A stretch of 64,000 bases of DNA, taken from positions 18,702 to 82,701 of the IMG/VR virus record IMGVR_UViG_3300021599_001517. One strand, 5' to 3'. Positions within the stretch are counted from its first letter, which is position 1. Each line of letters starts with the position of its first letter. The stretch is from a virus. Its lineage: Duplodnaviria > Heunggongvirae > Uroviricota > Caudoviricetes. Both the position numbers and the translations under genes were made by a program. The notes beneath the pieces were generated by a model. That model searched no databases. It had not been told where the DNA came from and saw only the letters and a list, made by a program, of their open reading frames with translations. Below are positions 8,627 through 17,992 of the stretch, piece by piece.

Positions 8627-8659
8627 AAGGTACAACATAGTGTTGTACCTTTCTTTTTA
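8627..8659 (+). terminator. Rho-independent terminator (AAGGTACAACA-TAG-TGTTGTACCTT plus T-run) after ahpD
   Basis: 11-bp perfect stem followed by TTCTTTTTATT. Confidence 0.65.
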
Positions 8660-8682
8660 TTCACTCACACAAGGAGATTACA

Positions 8683-9708
8683 GTGAAAAAAATCATACTG
8701 ACACTACTGGCGGCATTGACCGTTTCAGCACATGCAGCGGATCTAACAGGAGCAGGGGCAACATTTCCTTATCCTATCTATTCAAAATGGGCCGAAGCAT
8801 ATAAAGCAGCAACAGGCATCGGACTCAACTATCAATCAATTGGTTCAGGCGGCGGCATCCGTCAAATCAAAGCTAAGATTGTAGATTTTGGCGCCAGTGA
8901 CATGCCACTAAAACAAGACGAATTAGACAAAGACGGTCTAATGCAATTCCCTGCAATCATTGGCGGAGTTGTGCCGATTGTAAACATTGATGGTATTGGT
9001 GCAGGACAACTTAAACTTACCTCAGACATTATTGCTGACATCTATATGGGTAAGATCGTCAAGTGGGATCATCCCAGCATCACAGCAATCAATCCAGGAT
9101 TAAAATTACCTAATGCAAATATCTCTGTGGTTCACCGCAGTGATGGTTCAGGTACAACCTTTATATGGACTAACTGGTTAAGCAAGACTAATAAAGAATG
9201 GGCAGATAAAGTCAAAGACGGCACCGCAGTCAAATGGCCAATGGGTGTAGGTGGTAAGGGCAATGAAGGTGTAAGTGCTGTGGTCCAACAACTAAAAAAT
9301 AGTATTGGTTATGTAGAATATGCCTATGCTAAACGCAACAAGATTCCACACGCACAAGTCAAAAATCGTGATGGCAACTTTGTACAGCCTAGCGATGATA
9401 CATTCAAGGCAGCGGCAGCAGGTGCAGACTGGGCAAATGCTCCAGGGTTCTATCTATTGCTAACAGACCAAAAAGGCAAGGACGCTTGGCCTATTACAGG
9501 TGCCAGTTTCATTCTCATGCATAAGCAACAAGAGGATGCACTAACAGGTCGTGCAGTTCTTAAGTTCTTTGATTGGAGTTACAAGAACGGCGGGCAGATG
9601 GCTACAGATTTAGAATATGTACATCTTCCACAATCTGTTATTACATTAGTACAGAATCATTGGAAGACTCAGTTAAAAGATAAGGATAGCAACGCTATTT
9701 GGAAGTAA
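8683..9708 (+). CDS. pstS: Phosphate ABC transporter periplasmic phosphate-binding protein PstS (GTG start; RBS AAGGAG)
   Basis: Signal peptide, then a PstS-like sequence throughout (…GAGATFPYP…SDGSGTTFIWTNWL…). Confidence 0.9.
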   Translation: MKKIILTLLAALTVSAHAADLTGAGATFPYPIYSKWAEAYKAATGIGLNYQSIGSGGGIRQIKAKIVDFGASDMPLKQDELDKDGLMQFPAIIGGVVPIVNIDGIGAGQLKLTSDIIADIYMGKIVKWDHPSITAINPGLKLPNANISVVHRSDGSGTTFIWTNWLSKTNKEWADKVKDGTAVKWPMGVGGKGNEGVSAVVQQLKNSIGYVEYAYAKRNKIPHAQVKNRDGNFVQPSDDTFKAAAAGADWANAPGFYLLLTDQKGKDAWPITGASFILMHKQQEDALTGRAVLKFFDWSYKNGGQMATDLEYVHLPQSVITLVQNHWKTQLKDKDSNAIWK

Positions 9709-9718
9709 GCAGTACCCA

Positions 9719-9738
9719 CCGCCAGTGATCACTGGCGG
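9719..9738 (+). terminator. GC-rich perfect palindrome CCGCCAGTGATCACTGGCGG (hairpin; partial terminator/attenuator) between pstS and the porin gene
   Basis: 20-bp perfect palindrome followed by an AT-rich stretch. Confidence 0.45.
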
Positions 9739-9760
9739 ATCTATTTTATAAGGATTTAAA

Positions 9761-11173
9761 ATGAAAACATTACTTAAGGTAATGCTGGCGTCATCTGTGA
9801 CAGCATTTATACCTGCACCTGCACACGCAGACGAATACAAAGACACACTTGAAATTCTAAAAAATAAAAATATTCTTACACAGAAAGAATATGATATTAA
9901 ACTTAAAGAATATGAAGAAAAAGAAGAAAACAAAAAGTTTATTGAACAGAGAATTGACAGAGATGTCAGCGACTCAGTCAAATACAGACAGGCCAGAGTT
10001 AATGACGGATCAGTCACAGAAAACGGAATTGGACTCAAAAGCAAAGATGGCGGCAACACCGTCCAGCTTACAGGTCGACTACATATGGACTATCGTCAGT
10101 ACTCCCCGGATTACGGTACAGGTCAAACCACAGATTCGTACCAGAATACTGCTGAAGCACGACGAGCCAGATTTGGAGTAAGAGGTCAGTTTGCCAAAGA
10201 TTTCAAATATCAATTATTAGCAAACTTTGGTGCCAGTGATGGTTTTAGTTCAACATCGAGTACAGCAGATGAAATGTGGGTCAACTATGCTGCAAATCCA
10301 GAAGCACAGTTTCAATTTGGTTTATTCAAGATGCCATTCAGTCTTGAGCAGTTAACAAGTTCAAACAATCTTGACTTTATGGAACGCAGTTTAATTGGTC
10401 AAAATGATACAGAGTTTATACCTGCTAAAGAAACTGGATTTATGTTACATGGTATTCCTAAGCCTGGCTTAACATACGCTCTAGCATTAAGCAGAGGTAA
10501 GAGCAATAAGAGTGCCGAGTTTGATGGCTTTGACTACATTAGTCGTGTAACTACAAACATCGCTGAACTAACCGGAAGCAAAGCATATACAGCACATTTA
10601 GGTGCCGCTTATAGTACAGGTGAAATCAAAAGCGGTGTAGCTCCAGCAAGTGGTAGAACAGAATCACGTATGCAATCAGGATGGTTTACAGGATCTGCTC
10701 TTAGCGGTGCAACTACAAGAACACGTCAAGGCCTCGAAGCTGCATTTGCTTATAATGCATTTAAGGTGCAAGGCGAACATTTTCAATTTAATTATGATCC
10801 TGCAACAGGTAACGATCAGAAAATAAATGGATACTATGTGCAAGCTGTGTATAATCTAACAGGTGAGTCACACTCATATAAAGATGGCGCATTTGGTTGG
10901 ATCAAACCTGCTAATCCTTTGGACAAAGGTGGTCGTGGTGCATGGCAAGTTGGTGTACGTATGAGTGAGTTTGATGCCAGTGACATTACTGTAGCTACCG
11001 GCAAATCAAATCGTGCTACTGCTATGACATATGGTGTTACCTGGTTCTGCACAGACAACCTACGTTTTATGTTAAATTATGTAGACACAAAATTTGATAG
11101 TCTAGTAGGCAGTTCAGGTAGTCGTGTAAACGGCGAACGTGCTGTTATGTTTAGAAGCCAACTAAGTTTTTAA
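9761..11173 (+). CDS. Phosphate-selective porin O/P family outer-membrane protein
   Basis: 470 aa with a signal peptide (AHA-DE cleavage site), an N-terminal charged coiled segment, then an aromatic-rich beta-barrel-like sequence ending ...FRSQLSF, the C-terminal Phe typical of OMPs. The overall pattern matches OprO/OprP-type porins. Confidence 0.6.
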   Translation: MKTLLKVMLASSVTAFIPAPAHADEYKDTLEILKNKNILTQKEYDIKLKEYEEKEENKKFIEQRIDRDVSDSVKYRQARVNDGSVTENGIGLKSKDGGNTVQLTGRLHMDYRQYSPDYGTGQTTDSYQNTAEARRARFGVRGQFAKDFKYQLLANFGASDGFSSTSSTADEMWVNYAANPEAQFQFGLFKMPFSLEQLTSSNNLDFMERSLIGQNDTEFIPAKETGFMLHGIPKPGLTYALALSRGKSNKSAEFDGFDYISRVTTNIAELTGSKAYTAHLGAAYSTGEIKSGVAPASGRTESRMQSGWFTGSALSGATTRTRQGLEAAFAYNAFKVQGEHFQFNYDPATGNDQKINGYYVQAVYNLTGESHSYKDGAFGWIKPANPLDKGGRGAWQVGVRMSEFDASDITVATGKSNRATAMTYGVTWFCTDNLRFMLNYVDTKFDSLVGSSGSRVNGERAVMFRSQLSF

Positions 11174-11195
11174 TAAATAACTTGGCATTTATAAT

Positions 11196-11220
11196 GCCCC
11201 ATCTAATGGGGCTTTTTTTT
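11196..11220 (+). terminator. Rho-independent terminator GCCCCATCTAATGGGGC plus T8
   Basis: 5-bp GC stem plus TTTTTTTT. Confidence 0.7.
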
Positions 11221-11231
11221 GGACACACTAA

Positions 11232-11411
11232 ATGGAAACACACAAACGAACACTAACACGAGCAATTACATGGAGAATTACCGCAACTCTTATAACTGCG
11301 GCATGGACAGGATTGGCAGGAGCTATCGTTATTAATATTTTTATGACTGTTGCCCACTACATACATGAACGATTTTGGCTAAAAATTGAGTGGGGTAAAC
11401 AGATCAATTAG
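11232..11411 (+). CDS. Small membrane protein (DUF2061-like: RAITWRITATLITAAWTGLAGAIV)
   Basis: 59-aa ORF below the track cutoff, with 2 TM helices. Confidence 0.3.
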   Translation: METHKRTLTRAITWRITATLITAAWTGLAGAIVINIFMTVAHYIHERFWLKIEWGKQIN

Positions 11412-11519
11412 CCTATTTTAATGAATTTCACTATGGTTTTCTGGTAGTTTTTATCATATAATGCAGATACATACTGTTGCAATAGTATGTTTTTATTGTT
11501 GTTAAAAAGGAGAAGCATT

Positions 11520-11591
11520 ATGTGGACCAAGCCAGAAGCAACCGAGATGCGTTATGGTTTTGAGATCACTATGTACATCGCTAATCGCTAA
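11520..11591 (+). CDS. pqqA: PqqA-like peptide (23 aa: [23 protein letters not shown]), a putative RiPP precursor
   Basis: Near-identical in pattern to proteobacterial PqqA (MW.KPA..D.R.G.EVT.Y...R) with the E-x-x-x-Y cross-link pair. AAGGAG RBS 7 nt upstream. Its own terminator follows. Confidence 0.6.
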   Translation: MWTKPEATEMRYGFEITMYIANR

Positions 11592-11607
11592 TACATAGTA
11601 TCAAAAA

Positions 11608-11632
11608 TCAAAACCCGCTCCGGCGGGTTTTT
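11608..11632 (+). terminator. Rho-independent terminator AACCCGC-TCCG-GCGGGTT plus T-run
   Basis: Read directly from the sequence. Confidence 0.7.
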
Positions 11633-11700
11633 TCTTGACTTTTATTGCAAATATGTTATACTATATGCTCAGTAACTAATTTTGGAGATATACTTTGAGT

Positions 11701-12066
11701 ATGCATTTGGAAGGTCCGTGGCTCAGTACCACAGGCAAGAAAAAAAGCAAACGTAAATTTCGTAATGCTGAAGAAGCACGTAAGTCTCGCGAGTTACAAG
11801 ATTCTTGGCAGTCGTTGTTAGAAAAGTATGATGTGCCAAAAACTAGTAAACAGAAAAAATTTGAACCATTAAAGGCCAAATCAGCACCTATAAGAGAGAC
11901 TCCAAAGATTCCTAGTCTTCCTTTTACTGCTGGACCTTGTACTAAACCAGAGCAGAAAGTTTATACTGGTACAAAAGTTAAAGGTATTGGCACTATGCAT
12001 AAAAGTAATGCTGTTCCAATTTTTTCAGACGAAGAAGCTGTAGAAATTGCCAAAATGAGGCGATAA
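11701..12066 (+). CDS. Hypothetical Lys/Arg-rich protein
   Basis: ORF from the first ATG (the track starts at TTG 11695). Confidence 0.4.
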   Translation: MHLEGPWLSTTGKKKSKRKFRNAEEARKSRELQDSWQSLLEKYDVPKTSKQKKFEPLKAKSAPIRETPKIPSLPFTAGPCTKPEQKVYTGTKVKGIGTMHKSNAVPIFSDEEAVEIAKMRR

Positions 12067-12366
12067 TACCACATTTTAGTACCAAAATGAGTGATATATG
12101 CTATATAAAAATACGTTTCGCAAAGAAACTAAGATAGTAGAACCAAAGTATGTCAAAAGCTGAAACGGTTCCGCGAGTCTTGGCCAATTGGAAACCCGTG
12201 AGATTCGGGCGGTCAAGGCTCCAAAGGCACACAAGTTATGAGATTGTGCGTCCAATGGAGACAACTACACGAACCCAGGGTTCTTCATTTAGAGCCTCGT
12301 GAAGTTTACTCCCTTAATGTAATGTAATATGAAGTTCGTATTACACCAAATGAAAGGAGATACAAA

Positions 12367-12906
12367 ATGGAAAAAGTAATAAAACCTATAATTTTGATTA
12401 TTGGGTTAGTACTAACAGTAATGTCTATTAAAGCTGTTACAGCCGTAAAACTAAATCAATTAAAACAGACAGCAGGAGTTTCTTATTCTGATGTTGTCAC
12501 AATTCGTGAACGTGAGCGTCAGTTAGATTGCTTGGCTAGAAATATCTATCACGAAGCGGCCAGCGAACCATTTGAGGGTAAAGTTGCGGTAGCACAGGTT
12601 ACAATGAACCGTGCATCCAGCGGCAAATTCCCAAATGATATTTGCGGTGTTATATACCAAAAGAATGTTTTCTATGAAAAAGTAGTTTGCCAATTTAGTT
12701 GGTACTGCGAAGGTCACGGTAAAAGCAAACCAATTCGTAGCAAAGAAATGTACGACGAATCATATCGTGTTGCTAAAAAAGTATTGTTAGAAAACTTTAG
12801 ACTTGACGTTATGAAAGAAGCCATGTATTATCATGCTGATTACGTGAACCCTCAATGGGGTAGAGAAAAGATTGGCAAAATTGGTCGTCATATATTTTAC
12901 AAATAA
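12367..12906 (+). CDS. Cell wall hydrolase, SleB/CwlJ (Hydrolase_2) family, with an N-terminal membrane anchor
   Basis: ...NIYHEAASEPFEGKVAVAQVTMNRA...QFSWYCEGH... is typical of SleB-family lytic enzymes. RBS AAAGGAG. Confidence 0.7.
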   Translation: MEKVIKPIILIIGLVLTVMSIKAVTAVKLNQLKQTAGVSYSDVVTIRERERQLDCLARNIYHEAASEPFEGKVAVAQVTMNRASSGKFPNDICGVIYQKNVFYEKVVCQFSWYCEGHGKSKPIRSKEMYDESYRVAKKVLLENFRLDVMKEAMYYHADYVNPQWGREKIGKIGRHIFYK

Positions 12907-12915
12907 GGATTAAGA

Positions 12916-13227
12916 ATGGAAAAGTTTGAGTTGTTGTTTAATAAATGCAGAGAATTTTTATCTACCAAATTAAGTCACATCAGTAGCGAAGCTTTGGGTT
13001 GGTTAGCTACTATTGTGATTCATGCATCAACCTTGCCAACGTTTCTTGCAGTTATGATGGGATTAACTGACAAGCTACCTGGCGTTGATATCATTCTAAT
13101 GGTTTGGGGTGGACTAACCTTGTTGTTCTTTAGAGCCGTGTTAATCAAAGACATGCTCAATGTAGCAACAATTGGATTTGGTTTTATTCTTCAAGCTGTA
13201 TTCATGTCACTGATTTTCTTTAAGTAA
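12916..13227 (+). CDS. Small integral membrane protein
   Basis: 3 predicted TM helices. Confidence 0.4.
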   Translation: MEKFELLFNKCREFLSTKLSHISSEALGWLATIVIHASTLPTFLAVMMGLTDKLPGVDIILMVWGGLTLLFFRAVLIKDMLNVATIGFGFILQAVFMSLIFFK

Positions 13228-13308
13228 TTTTGGTAATCACCGTAGTTGACTTTGGTCGACTGCGGTGTTATATTAGTAACTGTCTTAACACACACAGAAA
13301 GAGGCATT

Positions 13309-13785
13309 ATGAAAAAGGCAATTTTAGTAGGCTTAATGGCAGCGGCTATTACAGGCTGTTCGTCTATGAAAGATATTCCAGAACGTAAAACTTATGCTCA
13401 ACCTAGTTGGTATCAGGATTGCGCACAAGAAGGCATCAAAGGCTGGTTCTGGTGGAAAGAAGACTATGTCTATGCCTGCGGTGCAGGTGAATCAGCATAC
13501 GCACAGGCTGCTGAAGAGCAAATGGATGCAATTGCAATGAATAACTTTGCAAAACGCATTAATGGTACAGTAAACTCTGAAACTGTAATTGATATCAAAG
13601 ACGATAAGAAAACTACTCGTACACTGATTTCTTACAAAGTTACTGATACTGCTATTCGTCGTCACGTCAAGACCGAAAAAGGCCACTTTACGATGAATGG
13701 ACGCCACTACACTTATGTACGGCTTGAAATGAAAAAGTCTACATTTGAACAATTGATGAACGAAGCTAAACAGAAAGCACAATAA
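13309..13785 (+). CDS. Lipoprotein (MKKAILVGLMAAAITGCSS)
   Basis: Start taken at the ATG after an AGAGG RBS. The track ORF begins at 13246. Confidence 0.5.
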   Translation: MKKAILVGLMAAAITGCSSMKDIPERKTYAQPSWYQDCAQEGIKGWFWWKEDYVYACGAGESAYAQAAEEQMDAIAMNNFAKRINGTVNSETVIDIKDDKKTTRTLISYKVTDTAIRRHVKTEKGHFTMNGRHYTYVRLEMKKSTFEQLMNEAKQKAQ

Positions 13786-14099
13786 TGAAATTATTGATTA
13801 TTGCTGCTACCGCTGTAATTTTAGCGGGCTGTAGTTCTGCCCCTAAAATTGCAGCCGAAAAGCCGCAGTATTGTCACACTTATCAAACAATAAAATCTAA
13901 GAACGGTGATACTGTTAATAGTGAGACTACTGTCAAATGTACTGATGATCAGGTTGAACGTGTAACTTCAAAACGTCTAGGTATGGCGGACAATTGTGGT
14001 TATTTTACTAGTTATATGAAAGTTGGAGGCAAAGATGTTCCGTATCGTGCGATTAGTTGTTTTGACGGTCGTAATTGGGAAATCATTAATGTTCAGTAA
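13785..14099 (+). CDS. Lipoprotein (LAGC lipobox)
   Basis: ATGA overlap with the upstream gene. Confidence 0.5.
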   Translation: MKLLIIAATAVILAGCSSAPKIAAEKPQYCHTYQTIKSKNGDTVNSETTVKCTDDQVERVTSKRLGMADNCGYFTSYMKVGGKDVPYRAISCFDGRNWEIINVQ

Positions 14100-14454
14100 T
14101 GCATTAGCATCTGATTTTAATAATCCTAAATTTTTTGAATATTCAGGTGGTGATTTTATAAATCGTCTTTCTGATCTTAGTTTTGGATGGTTTAAAACAC
14201 TATCAACTGAAGAAAGTGTAGCTTATCACCAAAGCATAACCCATGCGATAATGTACGCAGATAATGGGCAAAGTGTACGTTGGTTTAGAGGAAATGCCAG
14301 CGGCGAATCTACCCCAATTATGACATATCCCTCAGGCAATGGTTATTGCAGAAGGATATATATTAGAGTAATTGCCCATGAAACTGAAAAACGCCTAAAA
14401 AATACGGCCTGTTATAATAAGACAAACGACAGGTGGATGTGGGTCAATGAATAA
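14035..14454 (+). CDS. Secreted protein (signal peptide ...SNALA-SD)
   Basis: ORF from the first ATG. Cys-containing periplasmic-type sequence. Confidence 0.4.
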   Translation: MFRIVRLVVLTVVIGKSLMFSNALASDFNNPKFFEYSGGDFINRLSDLSFGWFKTLSTEESVAYHQSITHAIMYADNGQSVRWFRGNASGESTPIMTYPSGNGYCRRIYIRVIAHETEKRLKNTACYNKTNDRWMWVNE

Positions 14455-14478
14455 ATATAACATTAAGGAGATATTTTT

Positions 14479-15174
14479 ATGGCCTCAGGATTCCAACAAG
14501 ACACAAACCAACTAAGTCCTAATTTTTATAGAGTAACTATTGATCTTAGTGGTTATGATTCCACAGCCGCTAATACGACTTCGGGTAGTGTTGAACCTGA
14601 TAGCGGCGATTCTTTCGCAACAATGAACACAACTTTAGCAAATTCAAGACGTCGTGCTAGAGGTAACTTACGTTGGGAAGCAATTATCAGCAACCTGTCA
14701 AAGCACAGTGATTGCCAAATTTTAGATGTTACTGCTACAGAAGCAGGCCCATCAACTCTAGATGTAGCAGATGATGTTACTACTGCACTTTCTTTCACAG
14801 TTAGATATGATCGTGATGCATTTGTATTGCCTGGTGTTCAAGCTCAGTTAATTGCCGAGGGAAGAATTTCCGGTGGAGCAGCCAAAATGACTGATCATGA
14901 AACTCTTGGCAGTGCAACTAGTTGTACCACAACTGCATTAGCTGTTAAAGAAATGATAGTTCGTGGTATTACTAAAGGATATGCCGATTATCTAACTAAC
15001 GTTTCTACTGCTGTTAATTCATCAACAGACGTATTTCAAAAGTCTGCTAGAGTTTATGACGGCATCGGTGGTGGTCAAGAAACGGTTACAGTTGCATCCC
15101 CAGTAACTCCAAAGGTTGCTCATACTGATGTGACAGTGACACTGGTTGACACAGTTACCTTGGTGAATGCATAA
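14479..15174 (+). CDS. Hypothetical Ala/Thr/Val-rich protein (possibly structural)
   Basis: ORF with an RBS. Locally higher GC. Confidence 0.4.
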   Translation: MASGFQQDTNQLSPNFYRVTIDLSGYDSTAANTTSGSVEPDSGDSFATMNTTLANSRRRARGNLRWEAIISNLSKHSDCQILDVTATEAGPSTLDVADDVTTALSFTVRYDRDAFVLPGVQAQLIAEGRISGGAAKMTDHETLGSATSCTTTALAVKEMIVRGITKGYADYLTNVSTAVNSSTDVFQKSARVYDGIGGGQETVTVASPVTPKVAHTDVTVTLVDTVTLVNA

Positions 15175-16486
15175 TAGCTTAATGCTACTAGCCTATCTAC
15201 TACTACTAACTGGTTTAACAATTTCAGCGGTCGCAATCTACTACTCAGTAGTTGGTTTGGCCGCTATTTTCTCTGCGGCTGTTATTCCTATCTATATTAT
15301 GGGAACAACGTTAGAGGTTGCCAAACTAGTTTGCGCCAGCTGGTTAAAAGCCAACTGGGAACGTGCTCCACGTTTTATGAAATACTACATGAGTATTTCT
15401 GTAGTAGTATTGATGATTATTACTTCTATGGGTATCTTTGGATTTCTGTCAAAGGCACATACCGATCAAAATTTAGTCAGCGGCGATGTACAAAGTAAGA
15501 TTGCTGTGTATGACGAAAAAATTAAAACAGAACGAGATAACATAGACGCAGCCAAGAAAGCTTTGAGCCAAATGGATGCACAAGTTGATCAAATGTTGGG
15601 TCGTACAGACACTGATCGAGGAGCAGAACGTGCTGTACAAATTCGTCGTAATCAAGCAAAAGAACGTGCAGCATTGCAAGCAGATATTGCCAAAGCTCAA
15701 AAAAATATTTCTCAGTTACAAGCAGAACGTTCTCCAATTGCAGCAGAAGTTCGTAAAGTAGAAGCAGAAGTTGGCCCTCTAAAATATATTGCTAAGTTTA
15801 TCTACGGTGATAAAGGTGCCGATGTAAACATGCTAGAGAAAGCTGTTACCTGGGTAATTATCCTTATTGTTATTGTGTTTGATCCATTGGCAGTTATCAT
15901 GTTGTTGGCAGCACAAATGACATTCCAGTGGAATCGCGAACAGAAAAAAGTCAACGATGAAATGCACGATGAGTATGACTTTTCTAATGGAGTAAAAGGT
16001 CCGGTACTTCCACCTGAAGTACCTCCAGCACCTTGGCCATTTCCTGCTAAGATAGATACTCTTGTTGAAGCCGAAGATCGTCATAATGAATCTATTGATC
16101 TAGAAAAAGTTGCGACAGAAAAACCTAACAATGTAGATCCATTTCCGGATGCAACAGTTAATCCTTTAGATACTCCAGATTTTTTGAAAAAAGCTGAAAA
16201 TCGTGTTAAAGAAAAAGTAGAAGAATTGGAAGAAACTCCAATGCCTATTGATCAATGGAATAAAATGATTGAGGAGGCAGAGAAAGCTGCAGAGGAAGAA
16301 GCCAACAGGCTTAAAGAAGAACTAATTGCAACTGAAGAAGCTAAGAAATGGGCTGAGGAAAATCCTCAAACTGAAGAAGCCGAAAAAGCTAAAGAGTGGG
16401 CGGACGAAGAAGAGACCAAAAAAAAAGAGTTGACTTGGTTCGAGAAGGAAGGCAAGGAACAGGTCAAAAAGAGCCGCTTAGAATAG
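15167..16486 (+). CDS. Membrane protein with N-terminal TM helices, a central coiled coil and an E/K-rich C-terminal low-complexity tail
   Basis: Read from the translation. Confidence 0.45.
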   Translation: MHNSLMLLAYLLLLTGLTISAVAIYYSVVGLAAIFSAAVIPIYIMGTTLEVAKLVCASWLKANWERAPRFMKYYMSISVVVLMIITSMGIFGFLSKAHTDQNLVSGDVQSKIAVYDEKIKTERDNIDAAKKALSQMDAQVDQMLGRTDTDRGAERAVQIRRNQAKERAALQADIAKAQKNISQLQAERSPIAAEVRKVEAEVGPLKYIAKFIYGDKGADVNMLEKAVTWVIILIVIVFDPLAVIMLLAAQMTFQWNREQKKVNDEMHDEYDFSNGVKGPVLPPEVPPAPWPFPAKIDTLVEAEDRHNESIDLEKVATEKPNNVDPFPDATVNPLDTPDFLKKAENRVKEKVEELEETPMPIDQWNKMIEEAEKAAEEEANRLKEELIATEEAKKWAEENPQTEEAEKAKEWADEEETKKKELTWFEKEGKEQVKKSRLE

Positions 16487-16767
16487 AAGGCTATCAACAG
16501 AACAGCGAACAAAGCAATTCTACAGTTTGGAAAAAAATTAAAGAAAGACAACCAGTAGAAGATAACTTTACCCCACGCGATAGAATATATAGAAATCTAA
16601 ACAAAGACAATTTAAGTTCTTTGGATCTAGAAATTTATAATGAAGAAGATCCCGAGCTAATTAGAATTATGACGTTTATTAAAAAATTGCGGTCTCGTGA
16701 AATAAAACCGGAAGACTTGTCAGTCGAAGATGCTGAAATCGTTGCAGAAGTATTATCTAAAATCTAA
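16396..16767 (+). CDS. Hypothetical protein (5' end overlaps the previous gene in another frame; the true start is uncertain)
   Basis: ORF only. Confidence 0.3.
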   Translation: MGGRRRDQKKRVDLVREGRQGTGQKEPLRIEGYQQNSEQSNSTVWKKIKERQPVEDNFTPRDRIYRNLNKDNLSSLDLEIYNEEDPELIRIMTFIKKLRSREIKPEDLSVEDAEIVAEVLSKI

Positions 16768-17159
16768 TGAATAAAATTACTTTGGTTACTGAGCCAGATG
16801 ATATACTGGTAGATGCTTTTAGAATATTGTGCGTAAATCTAACCGTAGATCAAACACAGTTTCTTTCTGACATCGTAAATGATATGGAATATATAGTTGA
16901 CACTGTTGTATATGTTTGGAACGATGGAGATGACGAAAAATGGTTATTTGATAAAAAGACAAAAAGTAATCTAATTGTCTTTAATGCAAGTACAGAATGT
17001 GGAGAGATAAATGGATATCTAGCTGCACAACCAAATTCGTTTTATTTTGGTCCTCTCAGAAATTTATCTCTCGTAAATATTAGAGATATATATGATGCAA
17101 CAGATTTTAAAGATACTTTATTAGAATATATCAGGAAATATGAACAAATTTACGAATAA
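16767..17159 (+). CDS. Hypothetical protein
   Basis: ORF only. Confidence 0.4.
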   Translation: MNKITLVTEPDDILVDAFRILCVNLTVDQTQFLSDIVNDMEYIVDTVVYVWNDGDDEKWLFDKKTKSNLIVFNASTECGEINGYLAAQPNSFYFGPLRNLSLVNIRDIYDATDFKDTLLEYIRKYEQIYE

Positions 17160-17379
17160 ACCTTCTGGTAGTGTAGTTACAGTTAAAGATGGCGAAGATA
17201 TTAATCGTGCTCTTAGACGTTTTAAGAAAAAAATAGAAGAATCCGGCACACTTGACACCCTCCGTAAAAAAGAATTTTACGAAAAACCTACTACAGAACG
17301 TAAGCGTAAAAAATCAGCGGCTAAGGCACGTTGGCGCAAACAATTACGTTCACAAGAATTACCACCTAAACTCTATTGA
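17140..17379 (+). CDS. rpsU: Ribosomal protein S21 (bS21)
   Basis: ...INRALRRFKKKIEESGTLDTLRKKEFYEKPTTERKRKKSAAKAR... is nearly a match to bacterial S21 (...ALRRFKR...REFYEKPTTERKR...). Confidence 0.85.
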   Translation: MNKFTNKPSGSVVTVKDGEDINRALRRFKKKIEESGTLDTLRKKEFYEKPTTERKRKKSAAKARWRKQLRSQELPPKLY

Positions 17380-17410
17380 CATCTGAAAGAAAGTAGTTTA
17401 TAATAGTACT

Positions 17411-17992
17411 ATGAACTCAGATATAATGATAGACCTCGAAACCCTTGCCACCACTCCTGATGCTGCAATTTTAAGTATTGGCGCAGTGAAATTTGATCCG
17501 TTTGGGCAAGAATTAAAAGAACCAGCAATGGAAAGTTTTTATCTACGTGTAGATATTGACAGTTGTGATCGGTTAGGATTAGCTACATCACAAGATACTC
17601 TTGAATGGTGGGCAAAACAAAGTCAAGCAGCTCAAGACGAAGCATTTGGAACCGAAGGTAGAGTTGATATTGTTAGTGCTATGAATCAACTTTATAAATT
17701 CTGTTGGGGTGCTAAACGTGTATGGAGTCACGGTGCTGGCTTTGACGTTGTTATTTTAGAAACAGTATTTCGCAAAATGGGAAAAGGTTACCCTTGGAGT
17801 TTCTGGCAAGTAAGAGATACTAGAACAATTTTTGATCTTGGTATCAATCCAGACCGCCCTGAAGTATTAGCTCACCATGCGTTACACGATTCTTATAATC
17901 AAGCAATTGGTGTGCAAAATGTTTTCCGTAGATTGCGAACATCGTCGACATTAGACGGCCAATTGCTTTCTCCATTAAAGGATTCAAGATGA
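17411..17992 (+). CDS. DEDD-family 3'-5' exonuclease (RNase T / Rv2179c-like)
   Basis: IMIDLETL...[10 protein letters not shown]...HHALHDSYN correspond to exo motifs I-III (DEDDh). Confidence 0.6.
   Translation: MNSDIMIDLETLATTPDAAILSIGAVKFDPFGQELKEPAMESFYLRVDIDSCDRLGLATSQDTLEWWAKQSQAAQDEAFGTEGRVDIVSAMNQLYKFCWGAKRVWSHGAGFDVVILETVFRKMGKGYPWSFWQVRDTRTIFDLGINPDRPEVLAHHALHDSYNQAIGVQNVFRRLRTSSTLDGQLLSPLKDSR

Noticed and set aside
9673-10059. 128-aa minus-strand ORF overlapping the pstS end and porin start
   Set aside because: It overlaps two well-supported plus-strand genes and their intergenic hairpin. It has no RBS.
12076-12264. 62-aa minus-strand ORF in the 12.1-12.3 kb intergenic region
   Set aside because: No RBS, and unusual composition. 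The region is better explained as a non-coding leader or structured RNA.
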